Source: a virus (lineage: Duplodnaviria > Caudoviricetes). Taken from it: a DNA stretch of 64,000 bases. The notes beneath the pieces were generated by a model. It was not told where the DNA came from. It worked only from the letters and a program-made list of their open reading frames with translations, and ran no database searches. The stretch covers positions 40,772 through 104,771 of IMG/VR virus record IMGVR_UViG_3300024058_000001, one strand, 5' to 3'. The position numbers and the translations under genes are program-made. Shown one piece after another: positions 1-10,087 of this stretch. Numbering within the stretch: the first letter of the stretch is position 1; each line of letters starts with the position of its first letter.

Positions 1-26
1 TAGGTGTATCAAAGACTATATGGCGT

Positions 27-395
27 TCATAAACTATGCGTTTCATTAGTGCCACCTTGTTTAAGCCGTATATGTGCAAATGCAGACGATTTATTATTAG
101 ACTTCGGTTTGTTATGTTTTCTTACAAATTGCTTCGTTTTAGGCTTTTCAATAGCTTTTATATCAAGATTTGAATTCCTATATATGCTACCTTTATAGTT
201 ATCAGCACTACCACCTGGGCCATACATTATGTCCAATGTTTGATTAAGATCCTTTGTCAAATTAAACCAATAATCAAATTTCTTTTTCCACTTCTTATAA
301 TGAGCAGGATATCTAAGCTTAATTAATTTCTCTTCTATTGCAATCCTGAGTTGATCATGTAATTGAGTATTAAATGATGTATGAGTTTTTTTCAT
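27..395 (-). CDS. Hypothetical basic protein
   Basis: 122-aa ORF directly downstream of the tail-tip genes; no recognisable motif. Confidence 0.6.
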   Translation of the reverse strand: MKKTHTSFNTQLHDQLRIAIEEKLIKLRYPAHYKKWKKKFDYWFNLTKDLNQTLDIMYGPGGSADNYKGSIYRNSNLDIKAIEKPKTKQFVRKHNKPKSNNKSSAFAHIRLKQGGTNETHSL

Positions 396-400
396 AATGT

Positions 401-2569
401 TTATTCCACTGACCTATTTTCTAATCGAAATCCAGTAACAGAATTTTCTACTTTAATATTACCATGTCGTATTCGTCCTAATATATTTCTAAAACATATA
501 CTACCCGAACCAAATTGAAATAATTGTATTTTATAGTTTGTAAGAAGGAAAAATTTTATATCTTTAAAAGAAGCTATAGTTGCAACCAATGGTGTTTCAT
601 CTTCTGCGGTAGATGCAGCTAATTCTTGACTAATGTACAAAGATTGAAATGCTTCTTCATCCCCTATCCCTGATATCTCTGAATCAACAAAAGTTGATGT
701 AAGTACTGGCATTACTTTAACCCATGCATTTAGCATTCTTTTAAAATCAATTTCATAATTAGGCCCTCCTAATGGAGCATCTAAGTCATCTAACAATACA
801 ATTAATGATGGTTGTAAAGTAAAATCACCTGTAGAAGGGCCAAAATTAATGGATTGGTTAAAACCCAAACCACCAAATCTATAGCCATCTTCTGTTTGAG
901 TTACAGAGTCTTGAAATTCTGGTAAAAAAGAGTTTACAATTATATCTAATGCTGCCTGATTCTCTAAAAAAAATATTCCGATGTTTAAATTATTAGTCTG
1001 AGTATTTGCAATTGTAAAAGGAGAAGATGGATCAAGCGGTAATGTAGTAACTGATCTATCAAAACGTAATTGCATTTCTAGTATAAAAGTTCCTGCTATA
1101 TCAGGATCTTCTATCTCTGTTAAACCTGCACATACTCCTGATCCTTCTAAATCATCTGTATCACCATGTGCATAATCTTCTAATTCTTCATCAATAGTTA
1201 CTTTAATGTCTTCGTGCCATTTAAAAAGATTAAGATCAGTAATATCAAAACTAGGTTTACTTAATCCAGGAAAAACGACATCATCATGCAATTCTCTTAA
1301 TGTATTACCACTTGCTGAAATTCCACCATTTGGATCAAGTAAACTTGACACAAATACTATATTACCTTTAGGTTCTACAGGAGCTACGTTACCTTCAAGT
1401 CCTATGATAGAAAACGAATTACCTGTAGTAGTTGGAGTTCTACAAGAAAAAAGCTGTGGTTCTAATGCAGCAAAATTACCTTCTGCTAAAGAACTAGCCA
1501 AAGAAGTCATTTTAAATATTTTATTTGCAAGTGCTTTAACTGTGGGAACTGGTTCTCCTGGCAAAGTAACACCATTTAATATTTCCAGTTTTGCTTCAGT
1601 AGAATTAGTAAATTCTACAGATATTTCTGTAATAGAAGGAAAACTATCTAAACATGCTTGATTGGGATATGTTCTTTCAATTGGAATATTTAGTTTTTGA
1701 AACGTCATTAAACGCCACCACCCTTGATTTTCTTCTATTGCATCAAAGTTTACTGGCCCGTGTAATTGCTTTGCTGGTGGTTCAGCATCTAAAAGAGTTT
1801 GAATTTGTTCAGTTTCTGCTTTTACACGTATTTGCAAATCAGTAGGAAAAATAGCTGTTCTTGTAAATACTAGACCAGGAAATTCAGGTAAAGTGGATTC
1901 AATTTCAAATCCCACATCACTAACACTATAATACTCAAAAAATAGAGCACCAGGTACTGTATGACGTAAATCTTCAATATGAATTGCTCGTAAAGGTGTA
2001 TTTGGTGGTAAAGTAGGAGAATTCGTTACGTCTTCTTGATTCACACTATCTGGAAGTCTAAATGTTCCAATAACCGTTCCATCTTTATGTATATATGGTC
2101 TACCACGATCTATATCTGTCCATTCATCCTTAGCTTCATCATTAGGCCCAGGTTCTACAGGGTCTTGATTAGGATCAACACTAAAATAAGTAGATAATTC
2201 GGAGCCAATTACACTTAAAATCTTTTCAACAGATTCCCGTAACTCAACTATATGTAATACTCGTACATTGTTCCCATCTATCTCTGAAAAATCTGTGAGA
2301 AATTCTCCTGCAATTCCAACCTGTATTTCTTCTAGTGTTCTTACTTGTTGTAGTTCTCGAATATGAACACCTTTAACTCTATCGGCTCCTATAAATTCAG
2401 GCCCACTAAATCCCAATGGGCCAGTCCTAAGAGGATCATCTGTCCATCGTGGTACAGGCAATCCATTATCGTCTGTCCCTAATGATCCTTGTTCAAAACC
2501 AATAGTTTCTTCTGCTATATCGCCAATTCGTGAATGACACGTAGGACAAAGTAAATCGAATGCAGCCAT
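401..2569 (-). CDS. Tail tip / receptor-binding-associated structural protein
   Basis: Follows the tail hub gene. N-terminal CPTC and three HIxE/DL motifs (VHIRELQ, LHIVELR, IHIEDLR) of the kind seen in phage tail proteins; acidic beta-rich C-terminus. Confidence 0.6.
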   Translation of the reverse strand: MAAFDLLCPTCHSRIGDIAEETIGFEQGSLGTDDNGLPVPRWTDDPLRTGPLGFSGPEFIGADRVKGVHIRELQQVRTLEEIQVGIAGEFLTDFSEIDGNNVRVLHIVELRESVEKILSVIGSELSTYFSVDPNQDPVEPGPNDEAKDEWTDIDRGRPYIHKDGTVIGTFRLPDSVNQEDVTNSPTLPPNTPLRAIHIEDLRHTVPGALFFEYYSVSDVGFEIESTLPEFPGLVFTRTAIFPTDLQIRVKAETEQIQTLLDAEPPAKQLHGPVNFDAIEENQGWWRLMTFQKLNIPIERTYPNQACLDSFPSITEISVEFTNSTEAKLEILNGVTLPGEPVPTVKALANKIFKMTSLASSLAEGNFAALEPQLFSCRTPTTTGNSFSIIGLEGNVAPVEPKGNIVFVSSLLDPNGGISASGNTLRELHDDVVFPGLSKPSFDITDLNLFKWHEDIKVTIDEELEDYAHGDTDDLEGSGVCAGLTEIEDPDIAGTFILEMQLRFDRSVTTLPLDPSSPFTIANTQTNNLNIGIFFLENQAALDIIVNSFLPEFQDSVTQTEDGYRFGGLGFNQSINFGPSTGDFTLQPSLIVLLDDLDAPLGGPNYEIDFKRMLNAWVKVMPVLTSTFVDSEISGIGDEEAFQSLYISQELAASTAEDETPLVATIASFKDIKFFLLTNYKIQLFQFGSGSICFRNILGRIRHGNIKVENSVTGFRLENRSVE

Positions 2570-2571
2570 AA

Positions 2572-5500
2572 TTACTCCAGATACCTAGCGAATGGCCCTG
2601 AATCTTGTGGTTGCTTAGGAAGTTCTTCTTTAGCTGATGCCAGCGCCCGTGATGCTTGTGCTAATTCGCTAGTTTCAAAATTTAATATAAATAATTTTCT
2701 TATTTTTTCTCTAGGATCAGATTGTCGTACACCTGGTTCTTTTAGTAACGGAAGAATAACAATATTTTGAACAAATTTTTCACTTGTAAGTTGGACGATT
2801 GTAGTAAATCCATTTACAAAACTATGAGTTACTGATCCTACTTCTAATTTCAAGTTATTGACATTTACAGAAGACCGTAAATCTATAGTTTCGTCGCCTA
2901 TTACTGTAATAGATCCACTAACTTGTGGGTCTTTTAAACGTGCTAGTTCCCCATCCGCTCTTGTTTGCATTCTTTTTAATATATCTTCTTCATTATTAAA
3001 CCCTGTAACCGAATCCTTAAGGATAGCATATTGACCATCCGTGATAGACCTGCAACGTTTACCTGTACCTGCTGTTACTTTAGGTGGATCAGCATCAATA
3101 GTAAACTCTACTTCTATAGGCCCAGTTGTAAAAAAGTAATCTAGTAACACTCTAACCTTTACTAAACCTTCAGGATCTCCCTGAATACCAACACGGGATT
3201 TCAATACCCTGCCTACCTTAGTGCTAGGTGCCCAAATTTTAGGAATTTCTTCTAAACTAACTCTTACGGCATCTTTTCCTCGGTACTCTAAGGACGCACC
3301 AATCGGTTGTCTTTCAGTGCTATATCTATTAATACTTCGTATAATAGGTCGTAGTTTTAAATCGTTTGCTGAAAAGTTTCTAGTATTTTTAAACGAAAAA
3401 GCCCGTCCTCTACTTTTGTCAAACAATGAGGTACCAAAATTAGAATTGCCAGAAGATGAATCATTAGACGTTCCTGTAAATGTTGTAGTTCGTTGACCTG
3501 TATCCTGACCTGTCAATGTTGGATTTCCACGATCATCAAATCCTACAGTTAATTTTTCTCCTGTATCTGGATCAATAAATGTATCTCCTGATCTAGCTCT
3601 TTTCTTAATTGATCCACCCTTATTTTTAAAAGTTACTGTTTTATTAGCAGAATTAGTTTCAACTTCTATTTCTGATCCCTTACTAAATTTAAATGTACTA
3701 TTTTGTTCTTTACCAAAAGAACTAGAAAAATTTCCTAATTCTGTTATACCAAAATCATTTAAACTAACTTGAATGTTATCGTCAAATCTCACAACAGGAC
3801 GTTCTTTTTGAAAACCCAAGACTTGAATATCTCTAATATTTTTACCGCTAAGATCAAACTGCAATGCATGTCTTCCAGCTTTACCGACTGTATCAATAAA
3901 ACTAGAAATACGAACAGTTTTCCGTATTTGAATAGGAGCACCAATTACTGTAATATTATCTATTGTTTCTAATTCTGTTTCTTGAACATCATAACTAATA
4001 ATATTTTTTCCAAAATTAAATGTTCTTGTCGTAAACCCACCCGACCCAAAATTATATACAGATGTTATACCTGTCGACATATCATGATAAAGTTTTGCAT
4101 TTCCAACTTTGTTTAATACAAGTTCGGCTGCTTCTAATGTAGTTAAATCGGTTATATCAATCAATCCAGGAAAATCTGTAGGCCCGTTGGTAATTCCTAA
4201 GTCTTTAAGAATTTGGTCTGCATTACGAAAAAATAAGATTTCTGAAGTATTAGAAGAAACATTGGGCAATCCCTTGATTTGTGCTGCTCTTAATTTACCC
4301 TCAGTAACTTGATTATCTGCTTTTACTTTTACTACGTTAAATACTGTAATTCCTTCATCTAATTCTTCTTCAAATAAAGCTTTTTCTGTTAATTCGATAA
4401 TAGTACTATGACACGTATAAATAACTCTAAATCCTCCACCTTCGTCTAACGCATCTGCTTTAGTGGTAATAAATCCTCTAAAAACAAGTCTGCTATTGAT
4501 TAGTACATCTATATCATCGTTTATAGCAGGATCACCACCTGGCCTAAAATCACGTGGTAAACTAAATGATGCGGTTGACAAGTTACTTCCAAAGCCTAAT
4601 CTAACTTGTTCCAATATAGCAGTAGATTCAGGAGTTCCGTTTATTTTTACTACATACGTTGGACTACTGAATCTTTCTAAATCTTTATTAAACGTAGGAG
4701 TAGCCGTTGCTTCGTTTGAATTAGGACTTTCTTGTCCTAATCCGTTAATTCCTCTAACTATAAATGTAACTGCAACACCTTCCGTTTGACCTCCAACTTG
4801 ATAAGATGTACCTTGTACGGGAAGGCTATTTACTTTTACAAATGTAGGGCCTGTATCTTTTCTAAATATGTTAAAAAATGCATTGGTTGCTGTCCAAGTT
4901 AGATTAATAGTATCTGAATTTCCTCCGTCTACTGCTATTAAACCTGTAGGAGCAGAAGGAACATCATTATCTACAGTTGTTTCAATATTTTTATCAATTT
5001 CTATATTTTTATCCATTTGTATAGTTGCAAAGAAATCTAATGGTTCTTTTATAAATCCGTTAGAGTCAATTGTTTCTTCATTTGTAACAAAAATAATTGC
5101 ATCAGAAAATATTTCTTGATCACCAATTAAAATGATTTTAGCATCTATACTAATATTTTGAGTAGAAGTTTCTCCTACAAATGTATCAGTAAGTATAGTT
5201 TCTTCACGTTCTATTTGTATAACACCTTCTGCAAAAATAATCTGAGTTGTAATCTCTCCTACAAATGCATCTGAAGTAATAAGCTTTGTTTGAGTTGAAG
5301 TAACAATTGCATCAGATGTAATAATTTCTTCATTAGTAACTACTTCGGCCATTAATGTAGCAAAACATAAATCTACTAATGATCCCGATATTTTAAACCA
5401 ATTAATACCATCTTCTGTTTTAACTGCATCTCCTCTTAAATAAAGTAAATCTAATGAATTTTTTGCATTTTCAAATTCATATCTGTTACTTGCGTCATGA

Positions 5501-7524
5501 GGAGCAGATTTAAATACAACTGCATATAGTACATTTTTTTGTAATAAAGGAGCTTGTGGTATTGTAGCTCTTGTAACAGGAGTACTTTTAGATGTTGCAA
5601 ATTCAGATTTAGCGATAGTTGTTGATCCAATTACTACACCATTAGGAAAACCATTTGTTGTTTCTTGTATTTCAATATCCATATCTCCTAATGTTCCACT
5701 ATCTACCTTTAATACCGAAAACCATATTTGAGTAAGGGCTGCTGTTTCACTAGAAGTAAACGTTTGACCTACTTGAGCCGTACCAAGTTCATCATTTAAA
5801 TCTGCTAGAGAAGATTGAAAATTAAATCTTCCCATTTGAAATTGATCAATAAATGGATTAACTTGTGCTTCCATTCTAATAACAATCGAACCATCGGCTA
5901 ATGTAAGACTACTCCAAAGCCCAGGTTCAAATTTAATAAAATGATTACCTCCAGTCATTAATCCATCTGGACTAAATCCTGTTGTTACTACAAAATAACG
6001 ATAAAAGTTTGAAGTACTTGCAGGAGTAGCAGATTTTAAAGTAATAACATATTCTATACCTGCAGTTAATACTGGCTTAGTAATAAAATTTACTGTAGTT
6101 TTTGGTGGTGAAGAAGTAAACGAAGTTGGTAAATCAGCAGGAGAAAATGCTACAGATTCAATTGGAATTCCATCGGGTACACCAGCTACTATTGTTTCTA
6201 GACTAATAATTAAATCAGAGGGAGCATTACCATTTTCAGCTATTACCAAATCTACAGAATTTAATTTTCCTGTAATTGACGGAGTAAAGCTTTGACCAGC
6301 AGAAAAACCCGCATGAATTCGATGTATATTGTTAAAGCTAAATGCTGCAAGTGCTATATTATCAATTCTAGTAGGAATTTCCAGTATCTGTGTTTGAGAA
6401 GAAACAGTATGAGTCCCTATAGGAGCAATTTCAGCATCAGAATTTATATTTTGGGTTATTTCTACTTCTTCTGCCATAAACGTAGCAAAACCCAAATCTT
6501 GGTTAGGAAGCTCACCCCAAGATGTTCCATCATTTGCTTGAACTGCACTTCCAGGACTATAATGGTTATCTGTACCTCTACCAAAAAATCTATAATTATT
6601 AACATCATTATGTGTTGCAGAAAATACAATAGCATATTTGGTACCTGATGTTAATACAGGCTTTTCGGGAATAAAAACTTCGTAAACATCAGAGGGTATA
6701 ACTGTTAATGTAAAGTCTTGCGGTCTAATTTTTCCTTGTGCTTGTATAACTGATCCAATTATTGTACCATTAGGAAGACCACCTGTAGTTTCTTGAATCT
6801 CTATATTTAAATCTCCTAATGCACCTATATTGTTTTTTATTGCAGAAAATTGAATCTTTTCAAGTTTTGCAGTTACGCTAGGCACAAAAGTTTGTCCAAT
6901 TTTTCTTGTACCTGCTACATCATCTAAACTAGTTACTGTATCAGTTCTAGTAATATTAAATTGATCTATGAATGGAGTAAAATCCACATCCATAGTAGTA
7001 ACAAAACCTATATCTTCACTTTCACGTGGCGTACCTGTAAAACTTGGACTACCAAGAAATAACTCTCCATCTGGATAAATTTCGCTAGTTGTAACAGACA
7101 TTTTTTTAAATCTTACCCCATAAAAAACAAAATTTGGAAATAAAGGTTGAAAAGATTTTAATGTAATTGCATATTTAACACCTTGTTGCAAAGGTATACT
7201 TGGGCTAAATACAACTGTTGTTGGAAGGTTAGCATCAATTCCAAAAAAGTTAGGATCTACAGGAACTGAAGAAGCTGATAAACTAGTACTACCTAATACA
7301 ATTCCACTAGGTCTAGGAGGAATCTGACTATCCATAGTTTCTATAGCAATTACTAAAGGAAATGTATAAAGACTCAAATTTCCTGGAAATCTAGAAATAG
7401 TCAAATCTATAGATACAAGATTACCCGTTACTCCAGGAGTAAAACTCTGTGCAGCGCTACTACCATCATCAATATCTATTCCTCCTGATGATACAGCAAT
7501 TGATATTTGATCTCTTTTTGGCAT
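2572..7524 (-). CDS. Large tail-tip protein: four repeated beta-sandwich domains, 14-aa repeat linker, FN3 domain and Tal/hub-like C-terminal region
   Basis: Four domains start (A/G)Q(S/T)FxP/S (AQSFTP, GQTFVP, GQSFTP, GQTFTS). FN3 signature PSAPTGL...INLTW...FIVRGINGLGQES. C-terminal hub-like region (VFRGFI, IDNITVIG, GSITVIGD...VTHSF). Position downstream of tape measure. Confidence 0.7.
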   Translation of the reverse strand: MPKRDQISIAVSSGGIDIDDGSSAAQSFTPGVTGNLVSIDLTISRFPGNLSLYTFPLVIAIETMDSQIPPRPSGIVLGSTSLSASSVPVDPNFFGIDANLPTTVVFSPSIPLQQGVKYAITLKSFQPLFPNFVFYGVRFKKMSVTTSEIYPDGELFLGSPSFTGTPRESEDIGFVTTMDVDFTPFIDQFNITRTDTVTSLDDVAGTRKIGQTFVPSVTAKLEKIQFSAIKNNIGALGDLNIEIQETTGGLPNGTIIGSVIQAQGKIRPQDFTLTVIPSDVYEVFIPEKPVLTSGTKYAIVFSATHNDVNNYRFFGRGTDNHYSPGSAVQANDGTSWGELPNQDLGFATFMAEEVEITQNINSDAEIAPIGTHTVSSQTQILEIPTRIDNIALAAFSFNNIHRIHAGFSAGQSFTPSITGKLNSVDLVIAENGNAPSDLIISLETIVAGVPDGIPIESVAFSPADLPTSFTSSPPKTTVNFITKPVLTAGIEYVITLKSATPASTSNFYRYFVVTTGFSPDGLMTGGNHFIKFEPGLWSSLTLADGSIVIRMEAQVNPFIDQFQMGRFNFQSSLADLNDELGTAQVGQTFTSSETAALTQIWFSVLKVDSGTLGDMDIEIQETTNGFPNGVVIGSTTIAKSEFATSKSTPVTRATIPQAPLLQKNVLYAVVFKSAPHDASNRYEFENAKNSLDLLYLRGDAVKTEDGINWFKISGSLVDLCFATLMAEVVTNEEIITSDAIVTSTQTKLITSDAFVGEITTQIIFAEGVIQIEREETILTDTFVGETSTQNISIDAKIILIGDQEIFSDAIIFVTNEETIDSNGFIKEPLDFFATIQMDKNIEIDKNIETTVDNDVPSAPTGLIAVDGGNSDTINLTWTATNAFFNIFRKDTGPTFVKVNSLPVQGTSYQVGGQTEGVAVTFIVRGINGLGQESPNSNEATATPTFNKDLERFSSPTYVVKINGTPESTAILEQVRLGFGSNLSTASFSLPRDFRPGGDPAINDDIDVLINSRLVFRGFITTKADALDEGGGFRVIYTCHSTIIELTEKALFEEELDEGITVFNVVKVKADNQVTEGKLRAAQIKGLPNVSSNTSEILFFRNADQILKDLGITNGPTDFPGLIDITDLTTLEAAELVLNKVGNAKLYHDMSTGITSVYNFGSGGFTTRTFNFGKNIISYDVQETELETIDNITVIGAPIQIRKTVRISSFIDTVGKAGRHALQFDLSGKNIRDIQVLGFQKERPVVRFDDNIQVSLNDFGITELGNFSSSFGKEQNSTFKFSKGSEIEVETNSANKTVTFKNKGGSIKKRARSGDTFIDPDTGEKLTVGFDDRGNPTLTGQDTGQRTTTFTGTSNDSSSGNSNFGTSLFDKSRGRAFSFKNTRNFSANDLKLRPIIRSINRYSTERQPIGASLEYRGKDAVRVSLEEIPKIWAPSTKVGRVLKSRVGIQGDPEGLVKVRVLLDYFFTTGPIEVEFTIDADPPKVTAGTGKRCRSITDGQYAILKDSVTGFNNEEDILKRMQTRADGELARLKDPQVSGSITVIGDETIDLRSSVNVNNLKLEVGSVTHSFVNGFTTIVQLTSEKFVQNIVILPLLKEPGVRQSDPREKIRKLFILNFETSELAQASRALASAKEELPKQPQDSGPFARYLE
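5041..5345 (-). repeat. Seven tandem 14-aa repeats (consensus xxxxQ/ExIxSDAxI) inside the large tail protein
   Basis: VVTNEEIITSDAIV/TSTQTKLITSDAFV/GEITTQIIFAEGVI/QIEREETILTDTFV/GETSTQNISIDAKI/ILIGDQEIFSDAII/FVTNEETIDSNGFI. Confidence 0.85.
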
Positions 7525-7525
7525 A

Positions 7526-7951
7526 TTAGTTCACAACTATTCTTCCGTCTTTGTGTATTTTCATTATCCTTTTATGATTTTTTTCATTTTCGTCTGTATA
7601 TTGGAATCCTAAATAATAAACATGTTCAGGTGTACCAACTTCTACTAGATTATTTCCAAATGTTCTTGTTACTTCCCTATAATAAATAAGCCGATATTTG
7701 TAAGGATTTTTCCTTAGCATATCGGCCCTGGGCTGTAATCGTTCACTAGCAGTCTTCGCTGTTTCGATTGTTCCTTTTTCTAAGTCAACAATGTAACTAA
7801 GTCCATCAGCTTCTTGTAATCCAAAAAGCTGTAACTCATCCTGCCTTTCTAGTACATCTTTAAATAGTCTCTCTTTATCGCCTTCAAATTGATTTATTGA
7901 ACTTCCATCTTTAAACACTGCAAACCAAGGTAACGTTATCATGTTAACCAT
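7526..7951 (-). CDS. Hypothetical protein (possible assembly chaperone); start reassigned to the ATG at 7951
   Basis: GGAGG SD lies just upstream of ATG 7951. The track start at 8005 falls inside a hairpin. Confidence 0.6.
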   Translation of the reverse strand: MVNMITLPWFAVFKDGSSINQFEGDKERLFKDVLERQDELQLFGLQEADGLSYIVDLEKGTIETAKTASERLQPRADMLRKNPYKYRLIYYREVTRTFGNNLVEVGTPEHVYYLGFQYTDENEKNHKRIMKIHKDGRIVVN

Positions 7952-7996
7952 GTTAGCCTCCATTAAATTTGGGATATTGTATTGTATTACAAATAC

Positions 7997-8025
7997 CCCT
8001 AGCAACTAGCATTGAATTGCCAGGG
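7997..8025 (-). terminator. Stem-loop downstream of the 154-aa structural gene
   Basis: Minus strand CCCTGGCAATT-N7-AGTTGCTAGGG (with G-U pairs) right after the stop codon; weak U-tract. Confidence 0.55.
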
Positions 8026-8030
8026 TCTTA

Positions 8031-8495
8031 TTAAGTCTCGTCGTATTTCAACGTAAACGTCTTCTGGTTAACTGCACCAGGAGGAGTTGAAACAGTTGTC
8101 TGTAACTGCAAGGTCATGTAACCCGAAAAATCAGGATTACCTGCAGGAGCAGCAGGAGTTAAAGCTGCGCCTTCAGTTGTTGGAATATCAACCGTTGCAA
8201 CAATAGACGTAGTGTCAGTAGGAGTAGCAAAAGTCGCATCAACTGCTGCTTTAATTGCTTCACCAGTAACAAACGTACCTGCTGATTTGAAAAAACGCAA
8301 ATTAGCAATAGACGTAAATGTTCCAGAGAACCTTCCACGAAGCCACTTCTCAAAGCTATTATTACCAGCCGTGATAGGGTCGTTAGTAGGTACAATGTTA
8401 ACTGCATCTACACTACCGAAATTCGCATTAGCGATTCCGTTAGTTACTGTTTCAGCTACTGTATTGCTTTCACTGAATTCAAATGTTGCTGCCAT
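8031..8495 (-). CDS. Small Thr/Ala-rich beta-sandwich virion protein, probably abundant (pilin/fibre-subunit-like)
   Basis: 154 aa, beta-rich. Its 21-nt leader is identical to that of the major capsid gene, and it has a 3' hairpin like the other major structural genes. Confidence 0.65.
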   Translation of the reverse strand: MAATFEFSESNTVAETVTNGIANANFGSVDAVNIVPTNDPITAGNNSFEKWLRGRFSGTFTSIANLRFFKSAGTFVTGEAIKAAVDATFATPTDTTSIVATVDIPTTEGAALTPAAPAGNPDFSGYMTLQLQTTVSTPPGAVNQKTFTLKYDET

Positions 8496-8502
8496 GATTA
8501 AA

Positions 8503-8523
8503 TCACCACCTTTCTTTTATAGG
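8503..8523 (-). promoter_or_regulatory. Strong translation leader CCTATAAAAGAAAGGTGGTGA (copy 2)
   Basis: Exact 21-nt match to 25072-25092 upstream of the capsid gene. Confidence 0.85.
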
Positions 8524-9657
8524 TTATCCTTTAAATGATACTCTTATCCGAAATCTTATATTTAAAATTCCAGATGGACTAGCACTTGTAGGAGGAGTTA
8601 TACTTAAGTTAAGAAGTTTCGCATTATTAGATGGAATAGGATTTTCAAATAAATGAACGATTTCTTGTCCAATCAGTGAAAATGTCGTTTCTGCATCGTC
8701 TTCTATTTCATATTCATAATCTATTAGTACATCTTCTGTAGCAGAAGGCAGAGCAGTTCCTAATGTAATTTCCCCTGATATTCCATCAAATGTCCCACTT
8801 GTAAAAAAGTTAGTTCCTAATCTATTAGGATCACTATTTAAAAATACACCAACAACTGCTATAAGGGGAGTATGACTAACAGTAACAGTTGTATCTGTAT
8901 CAGATGTTTGTCTTTCTAAATCTACTATTACAGGATTACTAATAATTCCGCTTGATTGTACACCAAACCAATCTTGTGATGCAACTTCTGAACCAAAGTC
9001 TTTTACATTTGGCGAATATGTTACAGTAATATTTTGAGTAGCTGGAGGGATTTTACCTGTTACTCCGTCCCCAAATGATAATAATCCACTTGCAAAACTA
9101 AATGTGTATATCTCATCCGTAGAACCAAATCCTGCTAAATTATCTACCCTTGTATATACAATTCCGCCAACTCGTACAATTAAAGGGTACAATACGTCAT
9201 CATCTAAAACAGGAGGAAATGCAACAGTAAAGGTTTGGCTTGCTGCTCCTGTACTAGCACCTTGCAATTCATCAATAAGTTCTAATGATAAAATTCGGAA
9301 TTGAATATCTCTAGCATCTACAGATTCAAAACCTCCACCTTTATCATTAAACAATTGAAAAGGATTATCAGGATGCTGAAATTCTTCTCCAGCTATTACA
9401 CCTGTAAACACTAAAGGATTGCTCTCTATACCTACCTCCACAGTTGGAGCCGTAGATGCAAATAGCTTTAAATCAGGTTCATTTTTAGTAATCTGTGCAT
9501 CAGAAAATATAGTCTCTGTAAATTCCACTAAAACTATAGAATCTGATTCAACAGTTTGAGTAGTAATAAGCTGTATTGTTGCATCAGACAGTAAATTTTG
9601 TGTTACTGTACCAAAAATAGTTGCATCTGATGTAACATTCTGCTGTACTGTAGGCAT
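8524..9657 (-). CDS. Tail/baseplate-associated protein with four N-terminal 14-aa SDAxI repeats
   Basis: N-terminal repeats, plus an internal FGDGVTGKIP motif typical of baseplate wedge-type beta domains. Confidence 0.65.
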   Translation of the reverse strand: MPTVQQNVTSDATIFGTVTQNLLSDATIQLITTQTVESDSIVLVEFTETIFSDAQITKNEPDLKLFASTAPTVEVGIESNPLVFTGVIAGEEFQHPDNPFQLFNDKGGGFESVDARDIQFRILSLELIDELQGASTGAASQTFTVAFPPVLDDDVLYPLIVRVGGIVYTRVDNLAGFGSTDEIYTFSFASGLLSFGDGVTGKIPPATQNITVTYSPNVKDFGSEVASQDWFGVQSSGIISNPVIVDLERQTSDTDTTVTVSHTPLIAVVGVFLNSDPNRLGTNFFTSGTFDGISGEITLGTALPSATEDVLIDYEYEIEDDAETTFSLIGQEIVHLFENPIPSNNAKLLNLSITPPTSASPSGILNIRFRIRVSFKG

Positions 9658-9658
9658 A

Positions 9659-10087
9659 TTAGACGTTTTGCTCCAATGTATTTGGAATTTTAATTGTTAT
9701 ATTGTAATCTTGTATATTACCATGTGTTTGTTCTTGAAATTGAATACCATCTGTTGCTATTTGTCCGTCATATCGTAAATGCCTAGTCGGGCTAAGTATA
9801 TGCAATTGCCCTGGGCCAACTTGTATTCCATTAATTAAATTATTTCTGAGTGTTTCCATATCATCCCAACTATTTGTTTTATTGAATAGAACACCCTTTA
9901 GTTCAATAGTACGTTCATTTACCCCAAGTTCTTGTACAATTGCGCCATCTAATAAAGGTACAATCAATCTAGCAGTTCGTTTACCAGGCGTAGGTCTAGT
10001 AATAAAAGGATTAGGAAAAAATGTAAATGTTCCTTGATCCCCATTAACACCTCTGCGCCATTCTACTGTTACTTTAACTGTGCTCAT
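9659..10087 (-). CDS. Distal tail (Dit)-like protein
   Basis: 142 aa immediately after the tape measure gene; tube-fold-like pattern (VPLLDGAIVQELGVNERTIELKG). Confidence 0.6.
   Translation of the reverse strand: MSTVKVTVEWRRGVNGDQGTFTFFPNPFITRPTPGKRTARLIVPLLDGAIVQELGVNERTIELKGVLFNKTNSWDDMETLRNNLINGIQVGPGQLHILSPTRHLRYDGQIATDGIQFQEQTHGNIQDYNITIKIPNTLEQNV

Noticed and set aside
9020-9240. FGDG baseplate-wedge motif suggesting a contractile tail
   Set aside because: No sheath, spike or baseplate J gene was recognised; the gene order tube-G/GT-TMP-Dit-hub is siphovirus-like.
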